A stretch of DNA of 64,000 nt, from the NCBI GenBank assembly GCA_002633005.1, contig NMRA01000387.1:297017-361016 (forward strand), read 5' to 3'. This stretch comes from Phoronis australis (lineage: Eukaryota > Animalia > Phoronida). The position numbers and the translations under genes are program-made. Under the pieces are notes generated by a model. It had not been told where the DNA came from, did no database searches, and saw only the letters and a program-made list of their open reading frames with translations. Positions 12,901 through 25,066 of the stretch are shown one piece after another (positions within the stretch are counted from its first letter, which is position 1; each line of letters opens with the position of its first letter).

Positions 12901-15900
12901 GGATGTAAGACATCCCTTTTTGTAAGACTGAGATCTAGTCGGGTTTATGAGTTAGTGTGGACAAAGTGATAATGTGGCGAAGTTTGGCATAGTTAATTTT
13001 TTGAAAAGCTTAATGCTTATGCAATTCATGCAGTGGATTGTCCGTTTTCTTTCTTTATACAAGACTGAACAGATTTTTAGAAAACAATCTTGATAAGCTA
13101 GTAGCAGGCCACGAATCATCAAACTCTATAACTTATAGACTCAGTAAATATTGGGCAAGAATGGAAATACAGGGTTGGTGTCAGTAGAATCTAACTTGGT
13201 TTGGCCTGACTACTATTGGCAGTCGTGTATCACATTTTCTTCTGTTGATGCTGAGCACTGCCTGACAATGTGGCAGAAAATTTACTGATCTGTTGTGGAA
13301 ATTCCTGCCATTCACGAATGCCTCATCGCACGTGACCATCTAGGGCAACCTTAGCCTTGTGAGAGGTCAACCCTTGATGGTCATGTGATCAAGAGTTCCT
13401 GCTCGGTGCCACAAAGAAGGATCCATGGTGGATCTGAAGGATCCCTGATGGATCTGAAGATTTGGCGAGGCTTGTGAGTAGTAACTGTCATGACACTATT
13501 ACACTGTTAAGAACTCTGTGACAGGTATTTGATGAGTATTTGATGTGTAGTTGTGCACTGACCTTTGTGTTTCTGTTGTCCCTGTAGATGGATCAACAGT
13601 CTGCACCCCTGCAAACCCACAATAGTATTGGCAAGCAGGACCCCCTGCTGACGGCCAAGGAGATCAAGCAGGAAGGTCCGTCGTCCTTGTCGACGCCTGC
13701 TTCGGTCAGCTCAACACTGAATGACATTGACATGAAGCCCAACGTGAAGATGGAAATTACGACGGAGTCTACCATCAAAACGGAACCGACTTCGGAGGCC
13801 GTTGTCGGCAAGTCTCCGGCCAATGGTGAGAGCTCCGAGAGCTCGGACTCGAAATCAAGTGACATCCCGGCTGCCTCACCAGCAGCGGCTAAACCCAAGA
13901 TGAAGAAAGGTAAGAATGTGATTCGTTTTGCTTAGGAGCATTTATCCAATATAAAGTATGTGCCCAAATAATCACATAGAAGTCCGTGTCCGGGCCGTGG
14001 CTGGTAGTGACACGTTACTCTGACAGTGAATTGCGCTTGCTTCCAATTGTTATGACGGGAGTTGTGCTTGTGCTCGGTTGTCATAATGGAGTTGCAGGTC
14101 ACTTTGTGCATGCATCATCTCAGCAGCTCTGTATTGAATTGTGTGTATGTTTCACATTTTTAAGACTCTATGTAAACTCATTGGCTGGCTTTAGAGCAAA
14201 TACCCTGTTAGCTTCTCATTGGATTGTAGCCCATTACTGGATTTTGATCACTACTGGCGCTCAAATTTTTGTCAACATTGAATAGGACTAAAACAGCTCG
14301 GTATCACGCTACAAACCCCAAAGTCAAGTTAAGACATTAACTTGCTGGATAGTTATTGTACAAATGACTTTTCTGTGTGACATCGTGAAACTGTTTTAAG
14401 TAACCTCAAAATTTATTTGTGTGCGTTTCACTTCTGCTATAAATACTTGTCCAATTTTAGATCAGTAATTTTGCTTATTGACCAAACGCATTCGTATTTT
14501 ACTGATATGGCCCTTATTTTGTTTCAGCTTTAACAATGAATGTTTCTACTCTGGATTTTTTCTTTATGACTTGTACTTGTTGAAGTGATTGTTTGAACAC
14601 ACCATATATTTCTTTCAGTATTCAAGCCAGATGAATTAAGACAGGCCTTGATGCCCACACTGGAAAAGCTATATAGACAGGATCCTGAGTCCATGCCCTT
14701 CCGACAGCCAGTTGATCCCGAACTGCTTCAAATACCTGTGAGTTCACTTAAATCCTTCTCAGCGTTACCGTTTCATAATCTATTAGTTGTCCACTCAGGT
14801 TTTCTCTAATTGGGAACTCTTTGTTTGTGATGAGTTATGCAGAGTTTACAACCGACCACATTTATGGGTTAGATCACAGTCATGTATGTTGTTGGTTGGT
14901 TAATCCATCTAGGTACAGCTTGCCGTTAGGTGCTCTGACAATCTTGTTTGGCTTTGTTCCTGAGATTGCAAAGCACTATGAGTGTCCTAGTATTGAAAGA
15001 TATTACCCTGTATATTTACTAACCCTTGGCATGCGTATTTGCTTAACACTTTGTCTGTGAGGAAGCATTGGGACGTTAAACACCTGTCCAGTTATTCAGA
15101 GTATTTGTTCTAATGCAGTTTTATGAACATTTTGTACACTAACTTAATTAAATATTCTGCAGGACTATTTTGACATTATTAAAAAGCCCATGGATCTGTC
15201 CACGATCAAACGCAAGTTGGACACAGGTCAGTACAAGGATCCATGGGAGTACGTTGACGACGTGTGGCTAATGTGCGACAACGCTTGGACTTACAACAGG
15301 AAAACCTCGCGCGTCTACAAATTCTGTTCAAAGGTGAATTTGATTCCTAAGATTTTTATCGAATGTGTTAAGTGCTGTCCTAGATAGTTTATATGAACTA
15401 CCTGTCCCTCGTACATTACTGGCAGTGCCATCAAAAATTTTTACTGAACATATGTATTTTCTCACGATTGGAAAAAATACTCATCTTGCTAACATTCCTG
15501 GTCTTAATTTTCAGTTGGCTGAAGTGTTTGAACAAGAAATCGACCCGGTGATGCAATCACTAGGTTACTGTTGTGGTAGGAAGTATGTGTTCCACCCTCA
15601 GGTGTTGTGTTGCTACGGGAAACAGCTGTGCACAATAGCTAGGGACATGGTGTACTACAGTTATCAAAACAGGTGAGTGGCGCTGTTGATGGATTCTCTT
15701 CACAGGAATTATTGTACAGACGCAATATCATGTATATTTTCACATCTGCCATGTAATAAGCTGAGTTGTTGTGAATTAAATCTACAAGTCTTATTACTGT
15801 TAACCGTTGCGTCTGTTGTTTCATCCTCACCTAAAGTGAAGTCACCAACTCCTCTACTGTTCTTGACAGGTATTTTAAACTCACTAGCTGTGCATTCGTT

Positions 15901-18900
15901 TCAGATATGTGTACTGTGATAAATGCTTTCAAGAGATCACCGATGAAGAGGTAGAACTATCAGACGACCCAACCCAGGCACCTGTGTAAGTAAATGAATG
16001 ACCTGTGGTTTCATATATAGGGATTCCTGAATAGCTCTGTGCACTCTTAAAAAGTGTTTCTGTGTGTTAGTTAATATCTTGGTCCAACTTATTGATTCCT
16101 TGGGTCTCTGACCATTATGTGCATGACCTACCAATCTGTTTCATAGAAAAACATATTGTCTTGTAATTTGACTTCAAAAACAATTTTCACTTATTGCCGA
16201 TTTTCAGAAATAAACTAAAATCAAACCAAATCCAAAAAATATAAACTGTTTCAGCCCTAAACAATGTGTGTTGTATCTTTTACTGACCATCTTTCACAGT
16301 AATAGTAACTTAATAATGAGGATGTCAAAAATTTTATTCGTCATTCTTTGTAAGTGCCTTTGAGCTTATTGTCGCCCCCGGACTGTTGCAGGCGTATTCG
16401 CAAAGACCAATTTATTAAAATGAAGAACGACCAGCTGGAGTATGAGCCGTTCGTCGAGTGCCAAGAGTGTGGTCGGAAGTGCCATCAGATCTGCGTGCTA
16501 CACCTGGACGCTATCTGGCCCAGCGGTTTCGTTTGTGATGGCTGTCTCAAGGCCAAGGGCATGAAGAGAAAGGAAAACAGATACACTGCAAAACGTATGT
16601 ATGAAACGGGCACCTTACCAGCACTCATGCACCTCTGTGGTGAAAGATTTATGCTTCTGTATATGAAGGTTATACATGGAATCGTTAAAGATGTATGTAT
16701 TTCAGTATGTAGTTCTTTGATGGCAACTTCAATCCTATGCCTGTCTGATCTTTCAGTTTGAGCGAGAAATCGGTATCCTTAGTTTTTCGTTGTCCATGTC
16801 ATGTTTCTTTGTTTTGCACCGTTTGACTTGCCAGCTGTGTTTCCTGTGTTACTGAAGCTTTCCTGGCTTTAAATGATGACTGGGTTGCAATTTAGTGTGA
16901 CCTTTTAGACTGAAAACGTGCAACAACTGCTCAACGTCGATTTCGTTACAGGCCTTCCCACGTGTAAGCTGAGTACGTTCCTGGAGAATCGGGTCAACTC
17001 ATTCTTGAAGAAAAAGGACAGTGGTGCTGGGGAGGTGACCATAAGAGTATTAGCCAGCTCGGACAAAGTGACCGAGGTCAAGCCGGGAATGAAGAGCAGG
17101 TAGTTGAAGTCGCCCTCTCGTTTGGGAGCAATCAGTATGAACTTGACTTGTGTCAGTGTGCCACTTTCAGCATTATTTAAGCAGAAGGGATACTTGCTTA
17201 AAATTGTCTGTAACTGTTTGAGACACCCAAGAATGAGGATCTTAGAAATAAAACAAAAGACAGGTTAACTTGCGGAAATGCTGCTTATGAGCTGTGTCTT
17301 GAGCTGGTTTCAGTAGTGGAAAGTGCAAATGTTATTTCGCCTCGTTTGCAAGATTCGCGCTTAATGCCCTTGTGTGACAAGAAGGATCCTGTGATTTTGC
17401 ATGAACAGTCTTCATATAAAGTAACGTTTAGTAAAGCTTGCCGGTTTGTTAGAGGTTGGTGCCACTGACGACGGACACTTTTGTTAAATCAAAAATTCTG
17501 TTTCCTTGCAACTTATGATCACCTGATTACCACTCCTTTCAGATATGTGGATAGTGGAGAAATGCCGGAAAACTTCCCATATAGGACGAAAGCAATGTTT
17601 GCCTTTGAGGAAATCAATGGCGTGGACGTGTGCTTCTTTGGAATGCATGTCCAGGAATATTCGTCCAACTGTCCTCAGCCAAATACAAGGTAGGTAAAGT
17701 GCAAGGGAACAAGATGTGAAAAGGAAGAGGCATAGAGCGTTGTCTCCCACTTGTACTATTATTGTGTTGGGTACACATTCTCACTCGGATGGCGGATGCC
17801 TATTTTAACCTGGTGAGTTTTTGTGCGACGCCATATGATACATGCAGACAGTGTCTCTAGACCTCGGCGGAAAATTGACTTTGTCACTTGGGGACATGAT
17901 CTGATGGCCTGCTTGTCGCAGCTGAGCTGAAGCGAAAATAATTTTTTCAAACAATGGTAGAAATTAAGAATGGACGTGCAGGAAGATAGTATGTTTGAAT
18001 AGTGAAAGTAGTATTTTATCAGTAAACACTGGTGATTTGTCAGGTTTGCAAAGAACCATCACATCAATACAATTTACTTGGTTATACGTGAAAATGGTCC
18101 TTTGAATTCTGATATCAGATTGTAAATGTCTCGAAATTGTAAGCAAGTGGTGAAACTGAAAGCACCCGGCAGTGCTGCTACAGTTTTAGTCTGTTTTGGG
18201 TTAGGATCCTATGTATTTGTTCTTAATTATGACAAGTCAACATTCCTAGTTATCCATGATAACACTGCGGACCGAATGGAGTTCATTGCTTGCTTCATTG
18301 GAAAGGTTCACCACTGTTAACTTGATTTGGAAGTTCGTGACTTCTGTGTAACCTAGTTTTTAGTGGAGAGTGTTCTTTCCTGTAGTTTGAGGTGGAGAAC
18401 TCGGGTATAGGAAGTAACGTAAAAATCAGGAAAACTACTATAATAATATTTTGATATTTATTTAATGAACCCTTTGTTGTTTTTTCTTCTAGGCGTGTGT
18501 ACCTTTCTTATTTGGACAGTGTCCATTTCTTCCAACCAAGGCATTTGAGAACAGCAGTATACCATGAGATTCTAATTAGCTACTTTGAATATGTAAAGCA
18601 ACAAGGGTAAGTGGCAGTACTGTTCATATTCATCTTGGTAGAGGGAGGGAGGAATAGTTGAGGGAGGGAGAGTTGAGGGAGGGGGAGTTGTGCTAGTGCT
18701 GTTGGAGCTATTTGTCTATTGTATCAAATTGTGCAAAGGACTGTTACTAAAACGACTTTCACAACTGGAAGTACTAATACCATAAAGGTGCAGGTTTTTG
18801 CGAATATCTACGTAGAATTGTCGAATCATTATGTCTAGTGCTACTACTGTCTTAGTCATGAAAAGACAGCATACAAGAAAGATATTTTTTGATATAATTT

Positions 18901-21900
18901 ATTCTATTGTGTGCTTTCAGTTTCACTATGGGACATATTTGGGCATGTCCTCCGAGCGAAGGCGATGACTACATCTTCCACTGCCATCCTCCTGAGCAGA
19001 AGATCCCCAAGCCGAAGCGGCTACAGGATTGGTACAAGAAGATGTTAGACAAAGCCATCATCGANGTGCTGTTGGAGCTATTTGTCTATTGTATCAATTT
19101 GTGCAAAGGACTGTTACTAAAACGACTTTCACAACTGGAAGTACTAATACCATAAAGGTGCAGGTTTTTGCGAATATCTACGTAGAATTGTCGAATCATT
19201 ATGTCTAGTGCTACTACTGTCTTAGTCATGAAAAGACAGCGTACAAGAAAGATATTTTTTGATATAATTTATTCTATTGTGTGCTTTCAGTTTCACTATG
19301 GGACATATTTGGGCATGTCCTCCGAGCGAAGGCGATGACTACATCTTCCACTGCCATCCTCCTGAGCAGAAGATCCCCAAGCCGAAGCGGCTACAGGATT
19401 GGTACAAGAAGATGTTAGACAAAGCCATCATCGAGCGAGTAGTCATTGACTACAAGGTATGTACTGTGAAATATTTTTGAATGATTCTGCACAAGGACGG
19501 AAACCACCAGTAATCACTGCAGTAAAGCTTGTGTCGGACCCTAGTGTATAAGATACATTTGTCACTAGCCCTCGTTGGTATGCAGCACTTTTACACCTGT
19601 TTGTAATTATGCGCCATACACCAATCGAATTTGGCCGTGTCTTTGAAAGTCTGTGTGGTCTCACTTAGGTTTCTCTTTCTTTCAACAGACCCTCAAAAAT
19701 GCAGTATTGTGGTTTTCATAATGAAGTGAACGTGCTTTTGGCAGAATCCAGCAAACTTTCACGTACTTTGTGCCTGAATTATTTAGCAATAAAGTTAAGA
19801 TAATTATCAACCTTCGCGGATATTTTTTGTTAAAAATTCAATATTCAGATGTTGTAAAAAATATATTTTTCATTGCTACTCTTAATTTTTCCTTAAATGC
19901 ATTATTAACAAGCAAAATGTACGAGTTTTTTTGGGACAATTTCAATTGGTTTCAATAATCGTATGTGTAGAAAATCCTATGTCTGGTATTTTCACTTTCG
20001 AGCGTGTGTGAAAATGGATTTCTGTAGAGTGTGTGGGTTGATTGGTATTAAATTTTGCATGTTATTTCATTTGTTATAGTAATTGTTCCTCAGATTTTTG
20101 GTTTCAATTAAAAAATGGAAGTATTGGCCATTAAAAATGTAGACTTCAGACATTGCTTTAGAAACGACAGTTAGAAATTGATGTTCAAAGCAAATGTGAC
20201 AATTTTCATAAAAATTGGCACTCATGTGATTATGAACATTGATATAACCTTCTAGATGTGAATTGAGATTTTTCAGATATCAGGGTTTCTGGAAAAGCTT
20301 GAAAATGAACCGTTAAAAATTTTTTGAAATGTGATAGGTCACACTTTCACTTCAAAGCTCAGCATTGATCAGTATATTTTGGAAACTACTGTTGTTTCCA
20401 GCATTTTCATATGAAATGAAATCCCCTTGTTGCTGACCAATAAAACATGCTGGGTCTGTTCCAGGACATACTAAAAGATGCCATAGAGAGTAACCTGAAG
20501 AGTGCCTCGGAGATGCCGTACTTTGAGGGCGACTTCTGGCCAAACGTGCTGGAAGAGTCCATTAAGGAACTTGAACAAGAGGAAGAGGAGAAGAAGAAAC
20601 GAGAAGAGGCTGAAGCGGCGGCAGCCGAGGAGGTCGGGGACAGTATCGTAGACGGGGCTTGTGGTGTTGAGGTAGGCGACTAACCCATGTGGCTTTTTCC
20701 TTTCCTTCCTAGAGGATTTCAGAAATGTGACTTAGTGAGAAAAAGTGTGTAGAATTGTGAAAGTTTTCATTTAGTCACTTCGAGTTGTGTGATTCATTTG
20801 TTACTTTGTGAAAGGTCGAAAATTTGTTGATGAAGTTTTGAATATCTGTATTTGTTAAAAGAATAAGGGATGGTAATTTCTTTAACAAATCTACTGGAGA
20901 GCTTTTGCAAAGAGAACCTATCTTTCTCATGTTTGGCATTGCCTGTGTTATGTGATGTCAATATAAGAGTCTTTCATGAAATATGTGAACTTGAAATAGT
21001 AGTGCAGAATCAATCTTTACTTTGGTTATTCAGCGGCAGCTGATCACGTCTTGTTTGATGAGACAGGCTAAGATTTGAAATAGGACTTGGCACGTCAGAA
21101 AAGGAACAAAACAAAAAAGATTGAGCTCCCCAGATGCTTCTGCGCTACCACTGTTTGGGAAGTTTGATACCAATGTTGACACAAATTAGCCACAGCCTCT
21201 TGTGAGTGTTATAATGATATGTTTCTGTTTTTAGGGTCCTTCACTTGGCAAAAAGAAGGGACAGAAAAGTCAGAAAAAGAAGGCCAACAAAAGTAAAAAC
21301 AGTCAGCGCAAGTCAAGTAAGAAATCGAACCTACCAAACGGCGGGAACGATCTGTCTGCCAAGTTGTACAGCACTATGGAGAAACACAGAGATGTGAGTT
21401 ATTGAGATGTCAAGAAGTGACTTGTCAAAACCAGTTGGTGAAGGCAGTTTTTACTGCTGATGTGGAGTTCAAATTTGAATGCATTTTTGGAGCATTTATG
21501 AGATGGTCACAACATTCACAGTACACGTATAGCGTAAATTTTGGGCTTGTCTTATGATCTTTCAGATCAAACTTGACCTTTGCCGCAGTTTTCTGGCACT
21601 AGCTATTCATTCAAAAACATGGTTATCCTGTGAGAAAGGTTTGTGAAGTTTCACTTGCTGTTGTCTCTTGGGAGTTTAGTCTGTGTACTGGTTTGGTTTG
21701 AACTACATTTCGCATATTTTTCCTGAACTTTACAGAAAAGTATTGAACAAAAAACATTTGGTGTAGTCAGCATGTAAGTGTATAAAATATTAGTTAAAAC
21801 ATAATTTGCACATTCCTTCAAAATGTGTACTGTTTTGCATTGGCATGTTATAGCTTAATACTAGCCTAAACATAACCTTAAACTGGGTGACACCTTTCCT

Positions 21901-24848
21901 TGCCACTAATTAATTCCAACCCCATGGTTGCTATTAAGAAATATGTTGACATTGTAATTTTAGTTTATTGTGGCTTCTTTTCTCCCTCTCCTAGGGTTAG
22001 TTTTCCATGGAGAGATGGTGTTCCTAGGTGAGTGATGTGGCTGACATAATAGTTCATCCTATTTTATATTGAAAACTGTTGCTTGTTGTCACAGGTGTTC
22101 TTTGTCATCCGGCTGTGCCCTGCTCAGACAGCAGCCAACCTGCCCTCCATCCAGGATGTCGACCCGCTTATATCGTGCGACCTGATGGACGGCCGTGACG
22201 CATTCCTTACGATGGCGCGCGAGCGACACTGGGAGTTCTCGTCGCTACGGCGCGCGGCCAACTCGTCAATGTGCATGCTGTACGAGCTGCACAACCAGGG
22301 CAGGGACAACTTTGTATATACGTGTAATAATTGCAAGACTCACGTGGAGACACGCTACCATTGTACTGTTTGTGATGTGAGTATATTATGGGACATATAG
22401 TTAAAGCGACTCTGAACCTGCCTTCCATCTTGAAAAACTAATTTTGATTTAGTCATGTTGCTGTGAAGTCAGTCATAAATAATTGTTCTTAATCAAAATG
22501 GGATGTGAACTTGCAGGTTGTTATTGTTTAGAGATTAGGCTATACAAGTTGAGTTTGCGTATTGGTTTAGTTGTCAAACATGGTCTGTCTTTGAGAGGCC
22601 AAAAATCGCTTCTCATCTTGGTAAGGAATAAGTAGGGTCCAAGTTCATAGTGGTGCTAGTGGTATAAATCAAAAAAGTTTCTTTGGCAGAACGCAGGTTA
22701 ATTGCTGCTTTAAAAAAGTGTGCTTCCAGCAGTATTCGTGTACACTTGTTTTCTTGAAAATGAGGGGACAAGACTTCGCAACAGTGTGCTTAGACAAGTG
22801 CAGATGTCTTCAACGTTTTGCCTTGGGATTAGTGCGTACCTTTTGAGTGGTGACCAATACCCATGCAATCCTAATTAGCTGATGAAGCATCGTGTGAGGT
22901 TGACAAACTTGGGGTACTGAGTGTCTTGTTACTCATGTGCTAATGTACGCTCACCACACACACACGGCTAGGTGTACTGGAGTGTGATTGATGATAACAA
23001 AAAGTCTCCTAAACAACTTGATATTCCACTCTAAATGTAATCCTTACGATAGTGCAATAATGTGGGGGCAATAATGTGTATCTTGTAATATCGTGTTTTT
23101 TTGGTTTCTAGGACTATGATCTCTGTGTTCGGTGTTATGAGAAGGATGGTCACCAACATAAGATGGAGAAACTGGGGCTTGACATTGACGACGGGTCTTG
23201 TACTCAGGATAGCAAGCAGAACCCCGAGGAATCTCGTCGCCTATCCATCCAGCGGTGTATTCAATATCTGGTGCACGCATGTCGGTGTCGTGATGCGAAC
23301 TGTCGTCAGCCTAGCTGCCAGAAGATGAAACGTGTCGTGGCGCACACAAAGAGCTGCAAAAGGAAAACCAACGGCGGCTGTCCTGTGTGTAAACAGCTGA
23401 TACACTTGTGCTTTTGTCACGCCAAGCATTGTCAGGAAGCCAAGTGCCCTGTGCCATTCTGTCAGAATGTTAAGCAGAGGTTGAGGCAGCAACAGCTACA
23501 GCAGAGGATGCACCAGGATCAGCTGATGCGGCGTCGCATGGCCCTCATGGCTAGAGGGGCCTCTGCAACAGCTGCCCCTCCCTCGCAGGCTGCACCTCCT
23601 GCGCAGATCATGAACACTTCCCAGCAGGCTCCGGCGAGCATGGCTCAAGCTGCCACATTCAATAATGCTAGTGGTGGCAAGCCTGGTGTTGGTGGGCCTC
23701 CTGCAGCCGCCATGCAGGCTGCTAGGCAGGCCCAGCACATGGCCCAGAGGCAGGCCGGCGTGCCGCCAGCCACGCAAAGGACTATTCCCATTCAGAACCC
23801 TATGCCCCCGCCACACCGCATGCCAACGGCGGGGGTGGTTAACATGTCGCCGAACCCTCAGCAAAGCCGCATGCAGCTGCCGTCCCTGGAGCGTTGGCAG
23901 CAGATCCAACAGCAGCAGCCCCCGTCCCAGCCGATGGCGCCCCAGCGGAACATGGTTCCTCTGCAGGGCCAGATGGGTCAGAGTCAGGCGGGTCCTGGCA
24001 GTATGAACCCGCCGCCACAGAGGCCGAGCCAGCAGCAGGTGGTGCAGCAGCTGATTCTTACACTCAAGCAGCCTACCTCACCCCAGCAGCAGCAACAGGT
24101 GCTCAACATCCTCAAGTCCAACCCGCAGCTGATGGCAACATTCATCAAACAACGCTCACAACGCCAACAACATCAACAGCAACAACAGCAGCAGCAACAG
24201 CAGCAACCACAAAACCCCCAACAGCAGCAGATAAATGCTTTGCAGCAGCAACAACAGCAGCAGCAGCAACAACAACAACAGCAGCAGTGGCTTAGGCAGC
24301 AACAGCAACAACAACGCATGCAGGCTCCACAGCAGTTCCAGCAGCAACAACAGCAAGTTTACCAGCAACAGCAGCAGCAGCAGCAGCGTCCCCGCATGCA
24401 GTTCTCGCAGAACTTCCAACAGGACATGCAGTTCCAGCAGCAGCAGCAGATGATGCAGGTACAGCACCAGCAGGCACAGCTCAAGCAGCAGATGAGTGGT
24501 GGCAAGCCCAACAGTCCGCAGTTGATGGCCGGTCATCCCGTGCCGTCGCCGGGCATCATGCAACAGGTTCGGTCGCCGCCGTCGGCCTTGCCACACACGG
24601 TACGCTCCCCACAGCCGTCGCCGCGACAACAGGGCACACCGGGCCCAGCTCCATCACCGCGCCCATCGCCGGGCATGTCTGATCCAAACCACGAGCAAGT
24701 CATGCTGACACAGCTCCGGCAACAGCAGCAGCATCTCCAACAAATGCCTGGAGGTGTAGCTGCTGACATGGGACTCAATCAACACGATGGCGACGTGACA
24801 CCGTTAACGCCCAAGGACCAGTTAACTCGATTTGTGGAGAACTTGTAG
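79..24848 (+). CDS. CREBBP: CREB-binding protein / p300 histone acetyltransferase (5'-partial, 22 coding exons in window)
   Basis: Exons with GT-AG sites and matching phases: 79-989, 3350-3545, 5076-5186, 8117-8287, 9695-9956, 11046-11329, 11905-12062, 12520-12612, 13588-13909, 14619-14737, 15163-15333, 15515-15672, 15905-15985, 16392-16594, 16952-17099, 17543-17689, 18493-18606, 19291-19456, 20465-20671, 21235-21393, 22095-22376, 23112-24848. Hallmark motifs: [21 protein letters not shown] (TAZ1), [37 protein letters not shown] (KIX), [19 protein letters not shown] (bromo), [19 protein letters not shown] (HAT), ZZ, TAZ2, NCBD. Confidence 0.97.
3350..3545 (+). CDS. CREBBP: CBP exon: TAZ1 (CH1), first part
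   Basis: [27 protein letters not shown]...[19 protein letters not shown]; tgcag acceptor, gtgag donor. Confidence 0.97.
4202..4780. mobile_element. Degenerate TIR element (pogo/Tc1-MITE-like) in CBP intron
   Basis: Left end tactgtagttactgtaataagtgccc; right end reverse complement tgccatatttgccctaataactgccc. Confidence 0.4.
5076..5186 (+). CDS. CREBBP: CBP exon: TAZ1, second part
   Basis: [29 protein letters not shown]; phase 1-1. Confidence 0.97.
5869..7817 (+). mobile_element. Non-autonomous Helentron-type element (HINE/DINE-like) with internal degenerate ~140-bp tandem array
   Basis: 5' ttattATGCACCCGca...tgggcgcat inverted repeat; 3' CGGGCGCAT subTIR then AATGC-gtg-GCATT stem-loop and TT end; recurring ttttcatgaaatt(t/c)gg-like motif at ~6263, 6686, 7358, 7719. 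Confidence 0.7.
8117..8287 (+). CDS. CREBBP: CBP exon: TAZ1-KIX linker with conserved [12 protein letters not shown] motif
   Basis: Motif matches the CBP/p300 [10 protein letters not shown] motif; cttcag acceptor, gtaagt donor. Confidence 0.93.
9695..9956 (+). CDS. CREBBP: CBP exon: start of KIX
   Basis: [19 protein letters not shown]. Confidence 0.95.
11046..11329 (+). CDS. CREBBP: CBP exon: KIX core
   Basis: [18 protein letters not shown]...[21 protein letters not shown]. Confidence 0.97.
11441..11492. repeat. (AATTT)n microsatellite
   Basis: aatttaatttgatttaattt... pentamer run. Confidence 0.8.
11905..12062 (+). CDS. CREBBP: CBP exon: Pro-rich linker
   Basis: Phase-compatible AG/GT sites; [18 protein letters not shown]... 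Confidence 0.8.
12520..12612 (+). CDS. CREBBP: CBP 93-nt symmetric (phase 0-0) linker exon
   Basis: ttattag|ATT GGT...AAA CAG|gtccgt; [31 protein letters not shown]; not in the ORF track. Confidence 0.65.
13588..13909 (+). CDS. CREBBP: CBP exon: pre-bromo CRD1-like region with SUMO consensus sites
   Basis: IKQE, VKME, IKTE (psi-K-x-E) motifs; cctgtag acceptor, gtaag donor. Confidence 0.9.
14619..15333 (+). CDS. CREBBP: CBP bromodomain exons (14619-14737, 15163-15333)
   Basis: [33 protein letters not shown] / [19 protein letters not shown]...[18 protein letters not shown]. Confidence 0.97.
15515..16594 (+). CDS. CREBBP: CBP RING/PHD (CH2) exons (15515-15672, 15905-15985, 16392-16594)
   Basis: LGYCCGRK...[11 protein letters not shown]; [11 protein letters not shown]...SDDPTQ; [20 protein letters not shown]...FVCDGC. 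Confidence 0.96.
16952..22376 (+). CDS. CREBBP: CBP HAT domain and start of ZZ (exons 16952-17099, 17543-17689, 18493-18606, 19291-19456, 20465-20671, 21235-21393, 22095-22376)
   Basis: [49 protein letters not shown] (catalytic Trp/Tyr intact), [14 protein letters not shown], Lys-rich autoinhibitory loop exon 21235-21393, [10 protein letters not shown]. Confidence 0.97.
18696..19434 (+). repeat. Near-identical ~370-bp direct duplication joined by a single N (probable assembly artefact) duplicating a HAT exon
   Basis: 18696-19064 vs 19066-19434; N at 19065; only 2 mismatches noticed; the first exon copy has no donor. Confidence 0.9.
23112..24848 (+). CDS. CREBBP: CBP terminal exon: ZZ end, TAZ2, NCBD/IBiD, poly-Q, C-terminus
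   Basis: [14 protein letters not shown]; [19 protein letters not shown]; [21 protein letters not shown]; [10 protein letters not shown]. Confidence 0.97.
   Translation, partial: DYDLCVRCYEKDGHQHKMEKLGLDIDDGSCTQDSKQNPEESRRLSIQRCIQYLVHACRCRDANCRQPSCQKMKRVVAHTKSCKRKTNGGCPVCKQLIHLCFCHAKHCQEAKCPVPFCQNVKQRLRQQQLQQRMHQDQLMRRRMALMARGASATAAPPSQAAPPAQIMNTSQQAPASMAQAATFNNASGGKPGVGGPPAAAMQAARQAQHMAQRQAGVPPATQRTIPIQNPMPPPHRMPTAGVVNMSPNPQQSRMQLPSLERWQQIQQQQPPSQPMAPQRNMVPLQGQMGQSQAGPGSMNPPPQRPSQQQVVQQLILTLKQPTSPQQQQQVLNILKSNPQLMATFIKQRSQRQQHQQQQQQQQQQQPQNPQQQQINALQQQQQQQQQQQQQQQWLRQQQQQQRMQAPQQFQQQQQQVYQQQQQQQQRPRMQFSQNFQQDMQFQQQQQMMQVQHQQAQLKQQMSGGKPNSPQLMAGHPVPSPGIMQQVRSPPSALPHTVRSPQPSPRQQGTPGPAPSPRPSPGMSDPNHEQVMLTQLRQQQQHLQQMPGGVAADMGLNQHDGDVTPLTPKDQLTRFVENL
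24164..24450 (+). repeat. Coding CAA/CAG poly-glutamine tract
   Basis: Mixed CAG/CAA runs in the CBP last exon. Confidence 0.9.
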
Positions 24849-25060
24849 CAAATACAAAAGGTTGTGTAGATAGACTTTAGTTATGGAGATGAATAATATA
24901 TAAACTGTGTCGACTCTGGCCTCACTGTACAGTATAGATATTTTTGTGTGTTTGTCTGTGAGTCATGTTTTCAAAACGTGTAAGGGAAGCATTTTAGTAT
25001 TCTTATTTTTTATTCGTGCGGAATGAGAAATCCAAAGAGGAGGCTTTGTAAGATAGGCAT

Positions 25061-25066
25061 AATAAA
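25061..25066 (+). terminator. Candidate CBP polyadenylation signal (AATAAA)
   Basis: AATAAA ~210 nt after the stop; ATTAAA alternatives near 25515 and 25547. Confidence 0.35.

Noticed and set aside
15837-15869. 33-nt in-frame RING micro-exon ([12 protein letters not shown]) in CBP
   Set aside because: Phase fits, but the following intron would be only 35 nt and the AAG acceptor is weak; unsupported without RNA-seq.
18921-19064. Mutually exclusive duplicate HAT exon
   Set aside because: Identical coding sequence, truncated at an N, no donor.
23241-24778. Antisense and alternate-frame ORFs (poly-L/A/S)
   Set aside because: Shadows of the CAG-rich CBP terminal exon.
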